From positions 3,162,001 through 3,226,000 of the forward strand of contig NC_043017.1 in assembly GCF_006345805.1 (NCBI RefSeq): DNA of 64,000 nucleotides, read 5' to 3'. The position numbers and the translations under genes were made by a program. Source of the stretch: Octopus sinensis. Its lineage: Eukaryota. Positions 36,663 through 50,197 of this stretch are shown piece by piece. Within the stretch, counting starts at the first letter, position 1, and each line of letters opens with the position of its first letter. The notes under the pieces were generated by a model. The model searched no databases. It had not been told where the DNA came from and saw only the letters and a list, made by a program, of their open reading frames with translations.

Positions 36663-37153
36663 ATTTATGGGAAGGTATCCTGGATAACCCAGCTCCGGGT
36701 ACATATTGCGGTCCGAAAGTGCGTGTCTTGAGAGAACGTACCGCTCCGGCATTCAGTTTTACTTCTCGTCCGAAATCGAGTAAAGATACGGTTCCTTCTC
36801 CTTGTGCATATTCTTTGCCAGGAATCCTGGGCGAGCAACCCATAAATATTTCAAATGTACCTGCTTACAGCATTAATAAAAGACTGAATTACAACAGTTA
36901 TGCTTACGACTTCGCCAAGACACCGGGGCCTGCGAAGTATGGCTCCGTACCGTTACATTCTTCACACAAGCAACCACCGTTATTTTCTCTGAGGAGTCGA
37001 ACGGCGATACCCAAATATAAAATGGATAACCCTGGACCAGGAACTTATAATATTCAGCTGTCGAAACCTTTTGGCAATTCTACCCCGAAGTATTCGATGG
37101 GAATTAAACATTCACCGTATCTTATGCAAACCTTCATGGATGTGCTTGACTGA
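36663..37153 (+). CDS. ODF3: ODF3/CIMAP1-like, last exon
   Basis: Long pyrimidine tract with AG at 36661-62. SHIPPO/STPGR repeats NPAPGTY, VPSPCAY, TPGPAKY, NPGPGTY and terminal YSMGIKHSPYL; TGA at 37151-37153. The four exons sum to 807 nt (268 aa). Paralog identity not established. Confidence 0.92.
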
Positions 37154-37280
37154 TTGAAATTTCATTATCTGAAGATTTATAATTTCATACTATTTTTTTA
37201 TATCAATTGTTTCTTTCTTCAAAAAAATTCTGTTTATCCAGATTTCTGAAAAAACAAAAAAACTGTTCTCAAATATCGTC

Positions 37281-39400
37281 GGGTGACACCGCTGTCACGT
37301 GTTACAAAACCGCTGTCATAGGTTATGATATGATACCGCTATCGTGGGTTATGACAGCGATGCAGCAGATATTGTGATATATCGTGAATTCACATACTGC
37401 TGTAATAGTTTATGACATCACTGTCGTGGGTTATGACATCATATGCTATAATATGACATCATTGTGCTAAGCTGTAATATGACAGCACTATCATAAATTA
37501 CGAAATAGATCACCATGCCCCTGCTAAAGGTTAATACAACACACTATAATGACACTGTAATAATATATGTCCCTGCAACCATTGGTTATCACACTACTTC
37601 AAAGAGTTCTGATAGATAAAGTACTGAGGGCGATTAGTTCGGTTAAACCCTTCAAGGAAGTGCCCCAGCATGGTCGGTGTCCAATGACTGAAAAATAGTA
37701 AAAAAAGAAATAAAAAGGTGAAAGAACTTAGAGTTAGCTACTAAAGGTTATGACCCAGCTGTTATAATTCTACAATCACCACTATAAGCTCTGACAAAAT
37801 TTCTATATTTTATGATACTACTTAGAACAATTCACATTGATACAATAAGTTATGACACCACCGCTGCTACTATGATATAGATTATAACAGAACCACTATG
37901 ACCATAATAGTGTCTTTACTATAAATCATGACACAGCTCTCATAGGCTATGAAATTGTTGCCACTACTAATTAGGATGTGATACCTTGTCATAGGTTTCT
38001 GATACTGTCATTGTGGTTTATGATACAAGTTGCGCGTTATGAATCAGTTAACTTTAGTTTATAACACCAATTATTATTGCTATCATATATTACGATATCA
38101 CTAAATTGGTCATACTGTAACTACTGTAGATAGTAAGCTAAAGATACGTTATGATCGAACTATCATCCGTTATCCTTCCACAACCTCTACTAAAGGTCAT
38201 CCCATCCATCCATAGGATATGATACCGATGTCATAAATTATTCCTCCTCTGCAATAGATTATGATATCCCTAATAACAATGTAGATTATGACACTGTTGC
38301 TATAGATTATGTCGCTGCTACTGAAAGTAACGACATCGTTGCCAGGTGTTAGGACATTATCATAGGATATCACACCAGTGTCAAATATTCTTTTCTACTG
38401 GTACAATTGGTACTTAATTTATCGACCCCGAAAGGATGAAAGGCAAAGTCGACCTCGGCGGAATTTGAACTCGGAATGTAGCTGCAGACGAAATACGACT
38501 ACGCATTTCACCCGGCGTGCTAACGATTCTGCCAGCTCGCCGCCTTACAACTGTCAAACATTGTGATAACACAGCTATACCCCCAAGACACTGCTATCAA
38601 ACTATAGTGTTATCACCGCTAATATAAGTTACATCACTCCCAAATGTTATGGCCCTATTATCACTACTACAATAGCTTATAATTACAGCCGATTGTGACA
38701 CCGCGATCACCTAGTGAGCCAAAGACTATCACTATCACAGTTTACATCATCACCACTACTATCCTTGGTTGTGATATCACTATACTATGAGGCGGAGATG
38801 AGGCAGAGTCGTCAGAGCGTCGGATAGAAAACCTTGTGTTATTTGTATCCGGTCTCTGTGTTCTAAGTTGAAATCCCGCCGAGGTCAACTTTACCTTTCG
38901 TTCTTTCGAAGCTGATAAATAAAGAACCAATCCAAGGCGGTAGATTAGCAGAACTGTGAGAGCTTTGGGCTGGGTGCCTTGTGGTATTTCTCCCGATTTT
39001 TATGCTCTAACGACAATGCCTGTGATGATATTAATGTTAAGGGGTGTTCGACTCACCTCTCTTTTGGGTAACATCGTCGACGCAAAGTGGGGAGACTTGC
39101 ACAGTGGTCTTTCTGAGAGAGAAATTCTTTTGGTGCAGACACTCTGACTATCTGTAGCATACTAGAAGGGCTATTTATAGTTATGACACTGCTCTAGGTT
39201 AGGATATCACTACTACTATACTACTAGCAAAGATTATGACATCATTAGCACTACTCTCGGTTATGGTACCTCTGTCATAAATTATGACACTGCTATCGTA
39301 GTTGCGGTATGACACTGCTGTCATAGGCTACGTTATGACTACCATCACTATAAGATATGTCATTGCTAAAATGTCCATAGGTTTTGTCACCATTTGTATT
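37281..39400. repeat. Highly degenerate ~21-bp minisatellite with palindromic TATGAC-N6-GTCATA core, interrupted by SINEs
   Basis: Recurrent GGTTATGACACC.CT.TCATA-like words, e.g. 37283-37298 and 39308-39325. Confidence 0.7.
38395..38547 (-). mobile_element. SINE family A (head and core)
   Basis: ...GCCAGCTCGCCGCCTT head at 38547. Confidence 0.85.
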
Positions 39401-39701
39401 ATCATCCGGAAAAGAATCTAGAAAAGATGGTTCACGCTATCCCTACAACGTCTTTCTACTGCGGCTGTGAATGCCAAAAGGGTTAAAGGAAGGGGAAAGA
39501 AATCAAAATCGAGAATTATGTTAAAGGTCATATATCTTATGTTAAAGGCTGAGGAATACTCAACCACTTCAATGTTAATTCAACGACGAAGTAATGCAGT
39601 TGTTCAAACAACTGAACGCTCATCGAAGAAACCGATGGAAGATCCTTCATATATCATGAGGTTTTGAAAATTAATCCCAGCTGGTATTAGAGAAAGGCTT
39701 T

Positions 39702-39920
39702 AAGGCGGTGAGCTGGCAGAATCAGTGGCACGTCGGATTAAATGCTTAGCAGCATTTCGTCCGTCTTTACGTTCTGAGTTCAAATTCCGCCGATGTCGAC
39801 TTTGCCTTTCATCCTTTCGGGGTCGATAAAAGAAAAACTAATTCAGGACTAGGGTCGATGTAATCGACTGGCCCTCTTTACCAAAATTTTAGACCTTATG
39901 CCGATAGAGGAAAGGATATT
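39702..39920 (+). mobile_element. SINE family A variant with TSD-like flanks
   Basis: AAGGCGGTGAGCTGGCAGAA head; TATTAGAGAAAG..TTAAGG on both sides. Confidence 0.85.
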
Positions 39921-41860
39921 AGAGAAAGCTTAAGGGCCCTTGACTGGAAAAACCGTTGGGGCATCAAACGTATGTATTGAGCGCTTTAAGTTTTTAACTC
40001 TATCTCCCTGAGGTCTGCTTTGTTTGTCATCTGACCAGGGTCAGTAAAATAAAGTACCCGTCCAGTGCTTGACTGGATTTAATCGACTAACCCCTCCCTT
40101 ACAGGTTTCTGGGGTCGTTAGATCTGAGATCAAATGCCCCTAACGCAACTTTGCTTTCAAATTTCTAGAGTCTAGAAAATATGATAACATACTCTCTCTA
40201 TATATATATACATATGTGTGTGTGTGCGTGTATACATATATGTATATGTATATATACATATATATATGTATATATTTACATGTATATATATACATATACA
40301 CAAACATATGTACACACACGCACATATATATGCACACACACACATACATACTAAGCCGTTTCCCTACCGTCAAATTTCTAGCTCAGTGTCTATATTTGAA
40401 GGAATATTAAATAAAGCTTTACATTTTTATCTTTTATTTTTATGTTATGGCTTTTTTCAAAGATGAAGAGCAAATATTTTTACTTTGGCAAGGAGAGCGG
40501 GTCGTTGGAGGAAGGAGAGGGTGAAACAAATCATGGCTCCCCGTTTCACCGTTTGCTTCAGTGGGAAACAACACCTCAAAGAAACAGATTATCTTCGAAC
40601 CCAGAAACCTGGTCTGAATTTTACAACTGTGTGAATTCTGATGAATGCAGCCAACAGACAAGCGGTAATCCTAAACCTGACGGACAACAGATTAAGTCTA
40701 ACACTTACGCTGTTTGTTTTCTATTAATTGTAAATGATAACAGAAAAGGAAAAAGAATTGTAATTTGATATTAAATAAACTTACTTTATTTATCTATTGC
40801 TTTATGGCTTGGTCAGATAAAAGAAACGAGAGGAGGATGGAGCACTCTTCACATTTCAATAAATTAAGTACCAGTTGCGTACTGAGGTCGATCTAATCGA
40901 CTGGCCCCCTCCCCCAAAATTTCGGGCCTCGTGCCTAGAGTAGAAAAGGATATTACAAACTTAGTTTAATACCAGCCAGTATATGTTATAGAATAATTCG
41001 ATGTTGAAGAATCCTCCAGACAAAGGTAGATAAGTTAACAGTAATCGGACATGGTTGAATACAACAGTATAGCTTGGGTCCGAAACCACTGAAAACCTTG
41101 CTTAGTTCGTGTCAGAGATGCGCGATGAAAGTCGTAGAAAAAGAATTGTCGAGAGACGCGTATCAAATAAGCTGGCCTTTAAGCCCGTCAGAGTCATCTC
41201 CCTTAGATTAGATTCCTTCTACTCACTTTTTTTCTGTTTGGCATTCAAGCAACATTTACAAATTATGCAAGAAAATTACTCTTGTATATCAGTGTGTGCG
41301 TGTGCGTATGCGTGAGTATGGGCGTGTGTGTATGTGTATATTTATCTATGTATTCAAAATAAGTGCACCTAGTTGATGGAGACGTTAAGATGTTAATTAA
41401 AATACTTTCGTTTTCAGTTTAAATCACAGCTGTTCATTTCATCCCAGTAAAAAAATCAACAATCGCTTTTAACACTTTATTTACATTTGACGAATATTTG
41501 TCCTCATCTTGTTTGTTGCAAAATGCGAGATAGATTAAGATAATATCTATCCACGAAGGTAAAATTTAAATAAATCTTATCTGAGTAATAGTTTTGAAAC
41601 AAGATAGTTAAGAAATTAATTTCTTAGAAATTTCGAAGAACGCAATATGAAATGACAATTTTTACAAATTATGCAAGGGAAATAACTCTAGCATATCAGC
41701 ATTTTTTTAAATCAGAATTCTAAATTTATTTTACCTGTTTTTGTATATTTTTTTTATTATAAGAGCATGGGTAAATACTTAAAATAAATTCTGTAAATAT
41801 AAAATGGAAAACCCAGTGTCGCGACAAATGGATATGCACTTGAGATTGTAACATAATAAA

Positions 41861-42240
41861 GGCGCAGGAGTGGCTGTGTGGTAAGTAGCTTGCTTACCAA
41901 CCACATGGTTCCGGGTTCAATCCCCCTGCGTGGCACCTTGGGCAAAGTGTCTTCTACAATAGCCCCGGATTTGGTAAACGGAAACTAAAAGAAGCCCGTC
42001 GTATATATGTATATATATGTGTGTGTGTGTATGTTTGTGTGCCTGTGTTTGTCCCCCTAGCATCGCTTGACAACCGATGCTGGTGTGTTTGCGTCCCCGT
42101 AACTTAGCGGTTCGGCAAAAGAGAATAAGTACTAGGCTTACAAAGAATAAGTCTCCTGGGGTCGATTTGCCCGACTAAAGGTGTTGCTCCAGCATGGCCG
42201 CAGTCAAATTACTGAAACAAGTAAAAGAGAAAAAGAGAGA
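41861..42240 (+). mobile_element. Full-length tRNA-derived SINE family C
   Basis: GGCGCAGGAGTGGCTGTGTGGTAAG...GGTTCAATCCC head, internal (TA/TG)n, AAAAGAG tail. Confidence 0.9.
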
Positions 42241-42339
42241 GAGAGATAATATATATGGCTGTGAAGGCGGTGAGATGGCAGAAACGTTAGCACGCCGGGC
42301 GAAATGCTTAGCGGCATTTCGTCTGTGTATACGTTGCTG

Positions 42340-44220
42340 CACGTGAGTAAATTGCGGTCTTTGGACTTTGGTTGGCGTCTACTATTCCGTAAAGGTTTTC
42401 AGTTTAGGGCTTTGTAGGAGTATAGGTAAGATCGCTTCAAGACTGACTTCATCACCAAGGCCATACGCCTGGTACTAGAAGAAAATACCTCTAGATTCGA
42501 TAATAAAACATATCGACAGATAAAGGGCACGGCTATGGGGACGTAATTTGCACCCTCATATGCAAACTTAGTCATAGGATACTTGGAAGAAAGACTTTAC
42601 GAGGAAGTAGAAAAAAACTTTTGATCGGGAGTACAAGAAATATATCGTTAAAAAGTGGAAATGCTTTCTTGATGATTGCTTTATCTTTCCAGGCAAATCA
42701 AATGAAATATGTTGGTTATCCCAGGACAATGTGTACTAACAAACAGAATCATGTGTTCATGAATTTTTCCTTAAGAGTCCGTAGTTGGGTGATGCTCAGT
42801 TTCATTGCCCTTTTAGTTCCCTCATTAATTAATCCTAAGGGGTATTCCAGCATTGTGAGGAAGCCTTTTAGCTCGTTCAGTTGGACTTAAGTATATGGGG
42901 GTCAGTCACTATAGCACAGATTTGTCTTGCCATGCTGTATTGGGCGTTCCTTTTGATGTGTGATGGATTACAAGAGTAGAAATTTTAGTATTGATGTGTA
43001 TCAGTTTGTTTTTTTCTGGGTTTTTTTTTTTTTTTTGTAAAATATGTCTGTTGTGACTGTGGAGTTCTGTATTTTTATGTGAATATCCAGGAATGGTAGT
43101 TAATTGCAACAGGATTCTGTCATGAATTTGATGGATGGGTGAAATGTGTTCACCATTTTGTTAAATATACTTAGGTCCTCATTTGATCTGCCTGGAAAGA
43201 TAAAGCAATCATCAAGAAAGCATTTCCACTTTCTAACGATATATTTCTTGTACTCCCGATCAAAAGTTTTCTCTACTTCCTCGTAAAGTCTTTCTTCCAA
43301 GTAGCCTATGACTAAGTTTGCATGTGAGGGTGCAAATTACGTCTCCATGGCCGTGCCCTTTATCTGTCGATGTTTTATTATCGAATCTAAAGGTATTTTC
43401 TTCTAGTACCAAGCATGTGGCCTTGGTGATGAAGTCAGTTTTGAAGCGTTCATTTGTCCGTCCTCTATGTTTCTCTACCCAGTGTTTGACTGTTTCTAGA
43501 CCTAAAGCGTGAGGTATATTGGTATAAAGATTGGTGACATCAAAACTTGGGACAGTGGGTGGGGTGTGCTGGATGAAATGTATGCCATTCCGTATATAAC
43601 TGGGTATCAAAGGACACAAAGGTTTTAGGAGTATATCTAAAACATTACTTAGTTGGTGTGTTGGTGCTTGAGGTCCAGCTACTATCGGTCTTAGTTTGAG
43701 GTCAGCAGGCCTTAGTATTTTTATGTATTGGTTCTTCTACCTATTTATGGCACTTTGTATTTCGGAGTTTTTGTGGCTTTGGGGCAGTCTGTAGAAATTG
43801 CTCTCTTTGATTACAGAGTTGCATATATAATCTTTCTCCTTGTCTGTGAAGGAATCTTGGTATTCATTGATTAATGTTCTGGTTTCATTCATTATTGATT
43901 ATTCTAGGTGTCTTGATTCTTCCTTGCCGTAAGTTTCGTTTGTTAAAATTTCGAATATTCTATCTTTATAATAGTCCTTGCTCGTGATTAATATCGCCCC
44001 CCCCCCTTATTGACTTCTTTTAGGATGATTGAGTTGTCCTCCTTCAGTGTTAGCAAGGTTTCCTTCTCTTCTTCACGAAGGTTTTTGTTTGCATCTGTAG
44101 ATATTTAGGGGAAATTTTGAAATTGTATCTATGTACGCGTCTAAATATTTGTCATTTCTCTTGTAGAAGTGACCATCCTTGAACTCTTGTCAATACAATG
44201 GTAAATGACTAGACAACTAA
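42340..44220 (-). mobile_element. Penelope-like element RT region, frameshifted, with an inserted inverted duplication
   Basis: NLREEEKETLLTLKED..IILKEVNKGG; LRPIVAGP; SFDVTNLYTNIPH; KGTAMG..FAPS.ANL; KCFLDDCF; LPFLDI. These are PLE RT motifs. Confidence 0.9.
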
Positions 44221-44556
44221 ATGAATGGTGAATGCATGTCAAATTGAAGGGGGGGTCCCTCCCTCCCCCCTCCCTCACTCTACCTATCTATCTGTCTGTC
44301 TGTCTATCTATTTATTTACCTATTTATCTGCCTATCTATCTATCTATCCATTTCCATTATCCTGAAGCCTCACCTAGAAAAACAAACAAAAATATTCTTT
44401 TCTAAACAAAACAAAGCAAAAATATGTTTTTAATAAATTAACATCCTGTTTTGCACATTCACAAAATTTTATTGACAAGTTCAAAAAGCGAACGAAAGCG
44501 CTAATGATAATGCACAAAACAAATATTTTCCAAAATTCTGGTGACCTCTTTTTTCT

Positions 44557-44602
<46 letters not shown>

Positions 44603-44892
44603 TTAGTCATATTAAAGGGAAATGGAAATGAATTAAAATTTAAATTCCCAGTGGTCTAACATGTAAAAATTTAGTCCAAAAGACTATATATTAGTCATAA
44701 GATACAGTGTATATTCAAACACATGAGAAATCCAGTCATAGGATTCAACGCGCTAGAAAGAACAGCTAGGTTCTATAACCACAAAAATTAGGGATAAAAT
44801 TCGACAGGAACGAAATGGAAACTAAAAACATTTTACCATCTAGTTTCCTGTTTTTATTTTTCATTTCGTTCCTGATATTACTATCATCATCA

Positions 44893-44993
<101 letters not shown>

Positions 44994-45754
44994 TAGGCTG
45001 CAACAACATCATTGCAGATTTAATAAAAGCATATTACTCTACCTCCGGGATCGAGTACTATTTTTTCCCACCTTGTATCGCATTTATGTGCTTCCTCTGG
45101 TCTATATACATCCATATATATATACATATGTGAGTGTGTGTGTGTGTGTATTTGTGTCTGCTTGTCCCCCTATCACCTCTCGACAGCCGGTGTTGGTGTG
45201 TTTACGCCTCCGTAACTTAGCGGTTTGGCAGGCAAAACAGACCGATAGAATAAATACTAAGCTTAAAAATAAGTCCTGGGGCCGATTTGTTCGACTAAAA
45301 CCCTCCAAGACAGAGCTCCAGCATGGCCGCAACCAAATGACTGAAACAAGTAAAAGAATAAAAGAGTAAAAGAATATGTCCCATGTGCATTTCAAGTTAA
45401 TCTTTTTTAAGTTTTTAATTGCTTCGTCGATGTAGGAAGTGTAGTGCGCGTGACCCTTTTCTGGGCCTTCACGATTTGCGAAAGGAAGTACTCTCTAACC
45501 CTGGATTCATGGTTTGCAACGGAGTGTAAAGACCGCTAAAAACAACTAAGAGACCGATCCCGATGCTACACAGAGCAACCAGGTAAATCTACCATTTAAG
45601 GCGCCCCTCTTAAAACATTAAACACAGGTAGCTCCTCCGAATAATTTATTCTCTAAACAATTTGAAAAGGGTTAAACAAAAAAAAAACTAATTACTTTAT
45701 TTTAACAACAAGGTAGATTCAAAGAAAGTCAGGATGAGAAGAACAGCTAACAAA

Positions 45755-45905
45755 ATACTGAAAACTTCATAGGCTGGCCAAAATACTCTCATGGAATATG
45801 ACCAAATGAGGTTTATTTTTCAACATAGTCGCCCTTGCAGTCCACACACTTTTTCCATTGGTATTGCAGTACTTGGATTTCATTGGTAAAGAAGCTTTCA
45901 TTCTT
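45755..45905 (-). mobile_element. Mariner transposase C-terminal relic
   Basis: ESFFTNEIQVLQYQWKKCVDCKGDYVEK*. Confidence 0.75.
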
Positions 45906-46490
45906 ATTTCTTTACTGTCCACAAGGGGCTACACACAGAGGGGACTAACAACGACAGACAAACGGATTAACTCGATTAGATCGACCCCAGTACGCAACTG
46001 ATACTTAATTTATCGACCCCGAAAGGATGAAAGGCAAATACGACCTCGGCGGAATTTGAAATCAGAACGTAACGGCAGACGAAATATCTATTTCTTTACT
46101 ACCCACAAGGGGCTAAACATAGAGGGACAAACAAGGACAGACAAACGGATTAAGTCGATTAGATCGACCCCAGTACGCAACTGATACTTAATTTATCGAC
46201 CCCGAAAGGATGAAAGGCAAATACGACCTCGGCGGAATTTGAAATCAGAACGTAGCGACAGACGAAATACCTATTTCTTTATTACCCACAGGGGGCTAAA
46301 CATAGAGGGACAAACAAGGACAGACAAACGGATTAAGTCGATTACATCGACTCCAGTGCGTAACTGGTACTTTATTTATCGACCCCGAAACGATGAAAGG
46401 CAAAGTCGACCTCGGCGGAATTTAAACTCAGAACGTAACGGCAGACAAAATACTGCTATGCACTTCACCCAGCGTGCTAATGTTTCTGCC
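45905..46490 (-). mobile_element. Head-to-tail trimer of SINE family A
   Basis: Units at about 45905-46086, 46087-46270 and 46271-46490, joined at CAGACGAAATA(T/C)C|TATTTCTTT. Confidence 0.9.
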
Positions 46491-46934
46491 AATACAGAGC
46501 ATCATTGCAAAACTGGTTCGCGTAGTAACTATGGTGATATTTTCCACCAAAATTTAGTAACGTAATCTTTGTTTGATTTCAAGGGACTTCTTATGTGAAC
46601 AAACCAACATCGACTGTCAAACCGATGTTGGTTTGTTTACATTCCTATAACGTAACGGTTCAACAAAAGCGACAGATATAATAAGTACAAGGTTTTAAAA
46701 AATAAACTACTGGTGGGGGTGCGATCTGTTCGACTAAAACCATTCAAGGCAGTGCTCCAGCATGGCCGCAGTCCAGTGAATGAAACAATTAAGAGATAAA
46801 AATATACCAGGTCAAATTTTAAATCGATAAATTTACATTTAAGTCATGTGCACAGCTGTGTATGAAGAATTCATTGATCAATTCTGATAACGATTGTAGG
46901 TCAATCGCAGGTTCAATAATTAAGAGGAAGTACA

Positions 46935-47340
46935 AGGCAGCGAGCTGGCAGAACTGTTAGCTTGCCGGACAAAATGCTTAGCGGCATTTCGTCCGTCTTC
47001 ACGTTCTGAATTCAAATTCAGCCAAGGTCGACTTTACCTTTCATTTCTAGCTGAGGACTGCGATCGATATAATCGACCAATCCACACACACACCCCACCT
47101 GAAATTGCTGGCCTTGTGCCAAAATTTGAAATCAGTGTTGTTCTATGTGAACTAAGGCAGCGAGCTGGCAGAGCTTTTAGCAAGCCGGACAAAATGCTAA
47201 GCTGCTTTTCGTCCGTCTTCTTGTTCTGAGTTCAAATTCAGGTCGACCTTTGCCTTTCATCTTTACGGAGTCGATAAAAGAAGTACTAATTGAACACTGT
47301 GATCGATGTAATCAACTTAACCCTCTCTTTCGAAATTGCT
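46935..47340 (+). mobile_element. Two older SINE family A variants
   Basis: AAGGCAGCGAGCTGGCAGA heads at about 46936 and 47155. Confidence 0.75.
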
Positions 47341-48299
47341 GAAACTAACAATTATGAGGAAGCCCCCTTCATTTCATTTATCATTTTTCGTGGGAACAGG
47401 GGCTGCCAAGGACAGCGTCAGATTACGTTGTATCGTGTTTAGATCGCCCAGTGTATCATATTCGGGAAACACCTGAAAAACTTCCACGAATGGTTTTATA
47501 AGTACTCGGAGGATCTATACTTCACAATGACCAGGAATATGCTAAAGCCTGTTTCCGCAAAACGGGGAAACACATCAGGCATCAACACAATTCTGCCGTT
47601 TTGAAATTTACGTAGGGTTTTTTCTTCGTCTGTTTTTCACCATTTTTGTTTTCATTTGCTTCCTAGTTTTCAACTTTTGGGTAACTTTGACCCTTAAGGA
47701 ATCATTATTAATTAATGTTTCAAAACTTTTATATGGATACGGCCGTCATCAACAGGAAGTGAATATTTTACGGCACTTTTCGATGATGAGATTTCAACTT
47801 ATGGTTGAAATTATGGATGTGACAAACAATTATTATAGCGTCTGCACTTTTTAAAAATGAAAATAAATATAAAAAATAACCCTTGATGAAAAGAGATGTT
47901 TCGATTTTTTCTCCCCTGGGTGGCACAAAGAATCGTGCAACCCTTTTCCAAGGTGCCGCGCAGTGAGACTGAACCGGAAACTAAACGGCTGTAAAGCAAG
48001 TTTATTAACCACACAGCTAAAGATTATATTACTTAGCATGCGCTCAGAGTTGGTAAATGTATTTTGGGGCCCTTTATACATTTTGTTTAGAACAAATTAT
48101 CCCTATCCGCGGCCCGTGAGATCCAGTTTATGGTTCATTTCGGCCCGTAAGTGACATAGCCAGCGCGCCCGCGCGTCTGTGTGTGTGTGTCGTCTTTGGC
48201 AGCCCTTGAGTTCACCGCTTCTCCCAGGATCCCGCAACCTATACTAAGGGGTACTGGCTTTAAGGGTGTCGCGAAAAAACTGGTTGGGGGCCCAAAATT

Positions 48300-48452
48300 C
48301 CGAGTTCTTTTACAGGACTTAGAAAAACTGAAGGACCATTGCAATAAGTGTGTGGATCTGAGGGAGGAATATGTTGAATAAAATCATTATTAACTGGTCT
48401 TTCTGCATTTTCTTTTATTCAGAACCAGAAACTTTCCCGCACCCCACTCGTA
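48300..48452 (+). mobile_element. Mariner transposase C-terminal relic with terminus
   Basis: LEKLKDHCNKCVDLREEYVE* then ...ACTTTCCCGCACCCCACTCGTA. Confidence 0.7.
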
Positions 48453-49554
48453 CAGACCCCAAAGTGCCGTCACCATCAACACCCATTGACCCCTCGAGCA
48501 ACGCTGCTGAGACTGACCTTTTGATTTGTATATCCTTCAGGACTCCCTTTTTTTTCTTTCAGACTTGAGTAAGGATTGTATTGAGGGAATGACAGAGATA
48601 GCAGCCAAATCTCCCTCAAATCATACATCCTAATACTTAGAAAAAGAGCACTGCATATTGCAGAACTGTATTTCTTTTAAAAAATCAGCATGATGGGCAT
48701 GGTAGGAAATGGGTGCTTTTGGTCATAGATCTGGTCAAGCAGGTATTGTCTAACCTACAACAACAACAAAAAGCCAAAACTTCCGTTTTTTGTAAAGAAA
48801 CAAACAAAAATAATGCACAACGGGAAAATTGCACGCATCCCGCAATTAATACGGGTATTAGCATAGGAAGGGATAACGGGGTGGATTTGAGAAAGACGGT
48901 GGAGGCCAGACAGGAGCGCTGGAGGAAATAGTGATTGGAGGGGGGGGGGGGTCTGAGAAAATTTTGGTCAAGATGAGGTGAGTGGGATATTGTGGTGGAG
49001 GTGGTGTCACAGTCGGTGTTTGCTTTGGAGAGTGTGGTGATGATGATGATGGTGGTGGTGGTGGAAATGATGGCGGCGGCGGCGCGGCGGTGGGGCGGGT
49101 GGAGGCGGCGCGGGTGGCAGTGCTGTGAGATATGAAAGGCAGGTCTATCATAATTCCACCTCGTGGTCTCGGCAGTTACGTAACAAATGTTTCACGTGAT
49201 CAGAGCGTGTTAGGCTAATTCGCCGAGTGGACTGACTTATCCCCTTGTTTAACAGACATTTATTCGTGTGTGTGTGTGTGTGCGTGTGTGTGCGTGTTTG
49301 CATTATATATATAATTATATACATACATACACACACACATACACACATACATACATACATACATACATACATACACACATACATAGATATGCATGCATAC
49401 ATATATATATATGTGCATGTGTATGTGTGAATGTATGTATGTATATATGCATGTATAAAACATTCACACATATACATCCATTTGCATATGAATGTATATA
49501 AATGCGCTTTTCACAGTAATTTAAAATACACACACACACACTCACACACACACT

Positions 49555-49619
<65 letters not shown>

Positions 49620-49624
49620 ATTTT

Positions 49625-49833
49625 CTTTTTATTTATTTCAAGCATTTGACTGCGGCCACGCTGTAGCACCGCCTTTAATCGGACAAATCGACGCCCCCCC
49701 CGGACTTATTCTTTGTAAGCCTAGTACTTATTCTATCGGTGTATTTTGCCGAACCGCTAAGTTTCGGTGACATAAGCACACCACCATCGGTTGTTAAGCG
49801 ACGGTGGGGGGACAAGCACGGACACACAAACAT

Positions 49834-49872
<39 letters not shown>

Positions 49873-49948
49873 CACACATATATACTCTTTCAGTTTCCGT
49901 CTACCAAATCCATTCACAAGACTTTGGTTGGCCCGGGGCTGTAGAGGA
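49625..49948 (-). mobile_element. SINE family C, 5'-truncated
   Basis: Reverse match to 41861-42240. Confidence 0.8.
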
Positions 49949-50153
49949 ATTTATAAGTTTTGACAGGGATTTTTCAGATTATTTTTCACACAGTTCTTGG
50001 AAATGCTCTGGAGTATATTTTTAGCAAAAAAAATTGGCAAAAAATTGTTTTTCTTTACATAGAGACACACACACACACACACATACACACGCTCGCGCGC
50101 ATACACACACATGCATATACACACGCATACACAGAATCACGCGCGTACACACA

Positions 50154-50197
<44 letters not shown>

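Noticed and set aside
40442-40768. 108-aa ORF in non-repetitive-looking sequence
   Set aside because: No recognisable motif, no consistent splice partners, and the other frames are closed.
41861-41940. tRNA genes suggested by A-box/B-box-like heads
   Set aside because: All continue into SINE bodies and lack a complete cloverleaf; they are treated as SINE heads.
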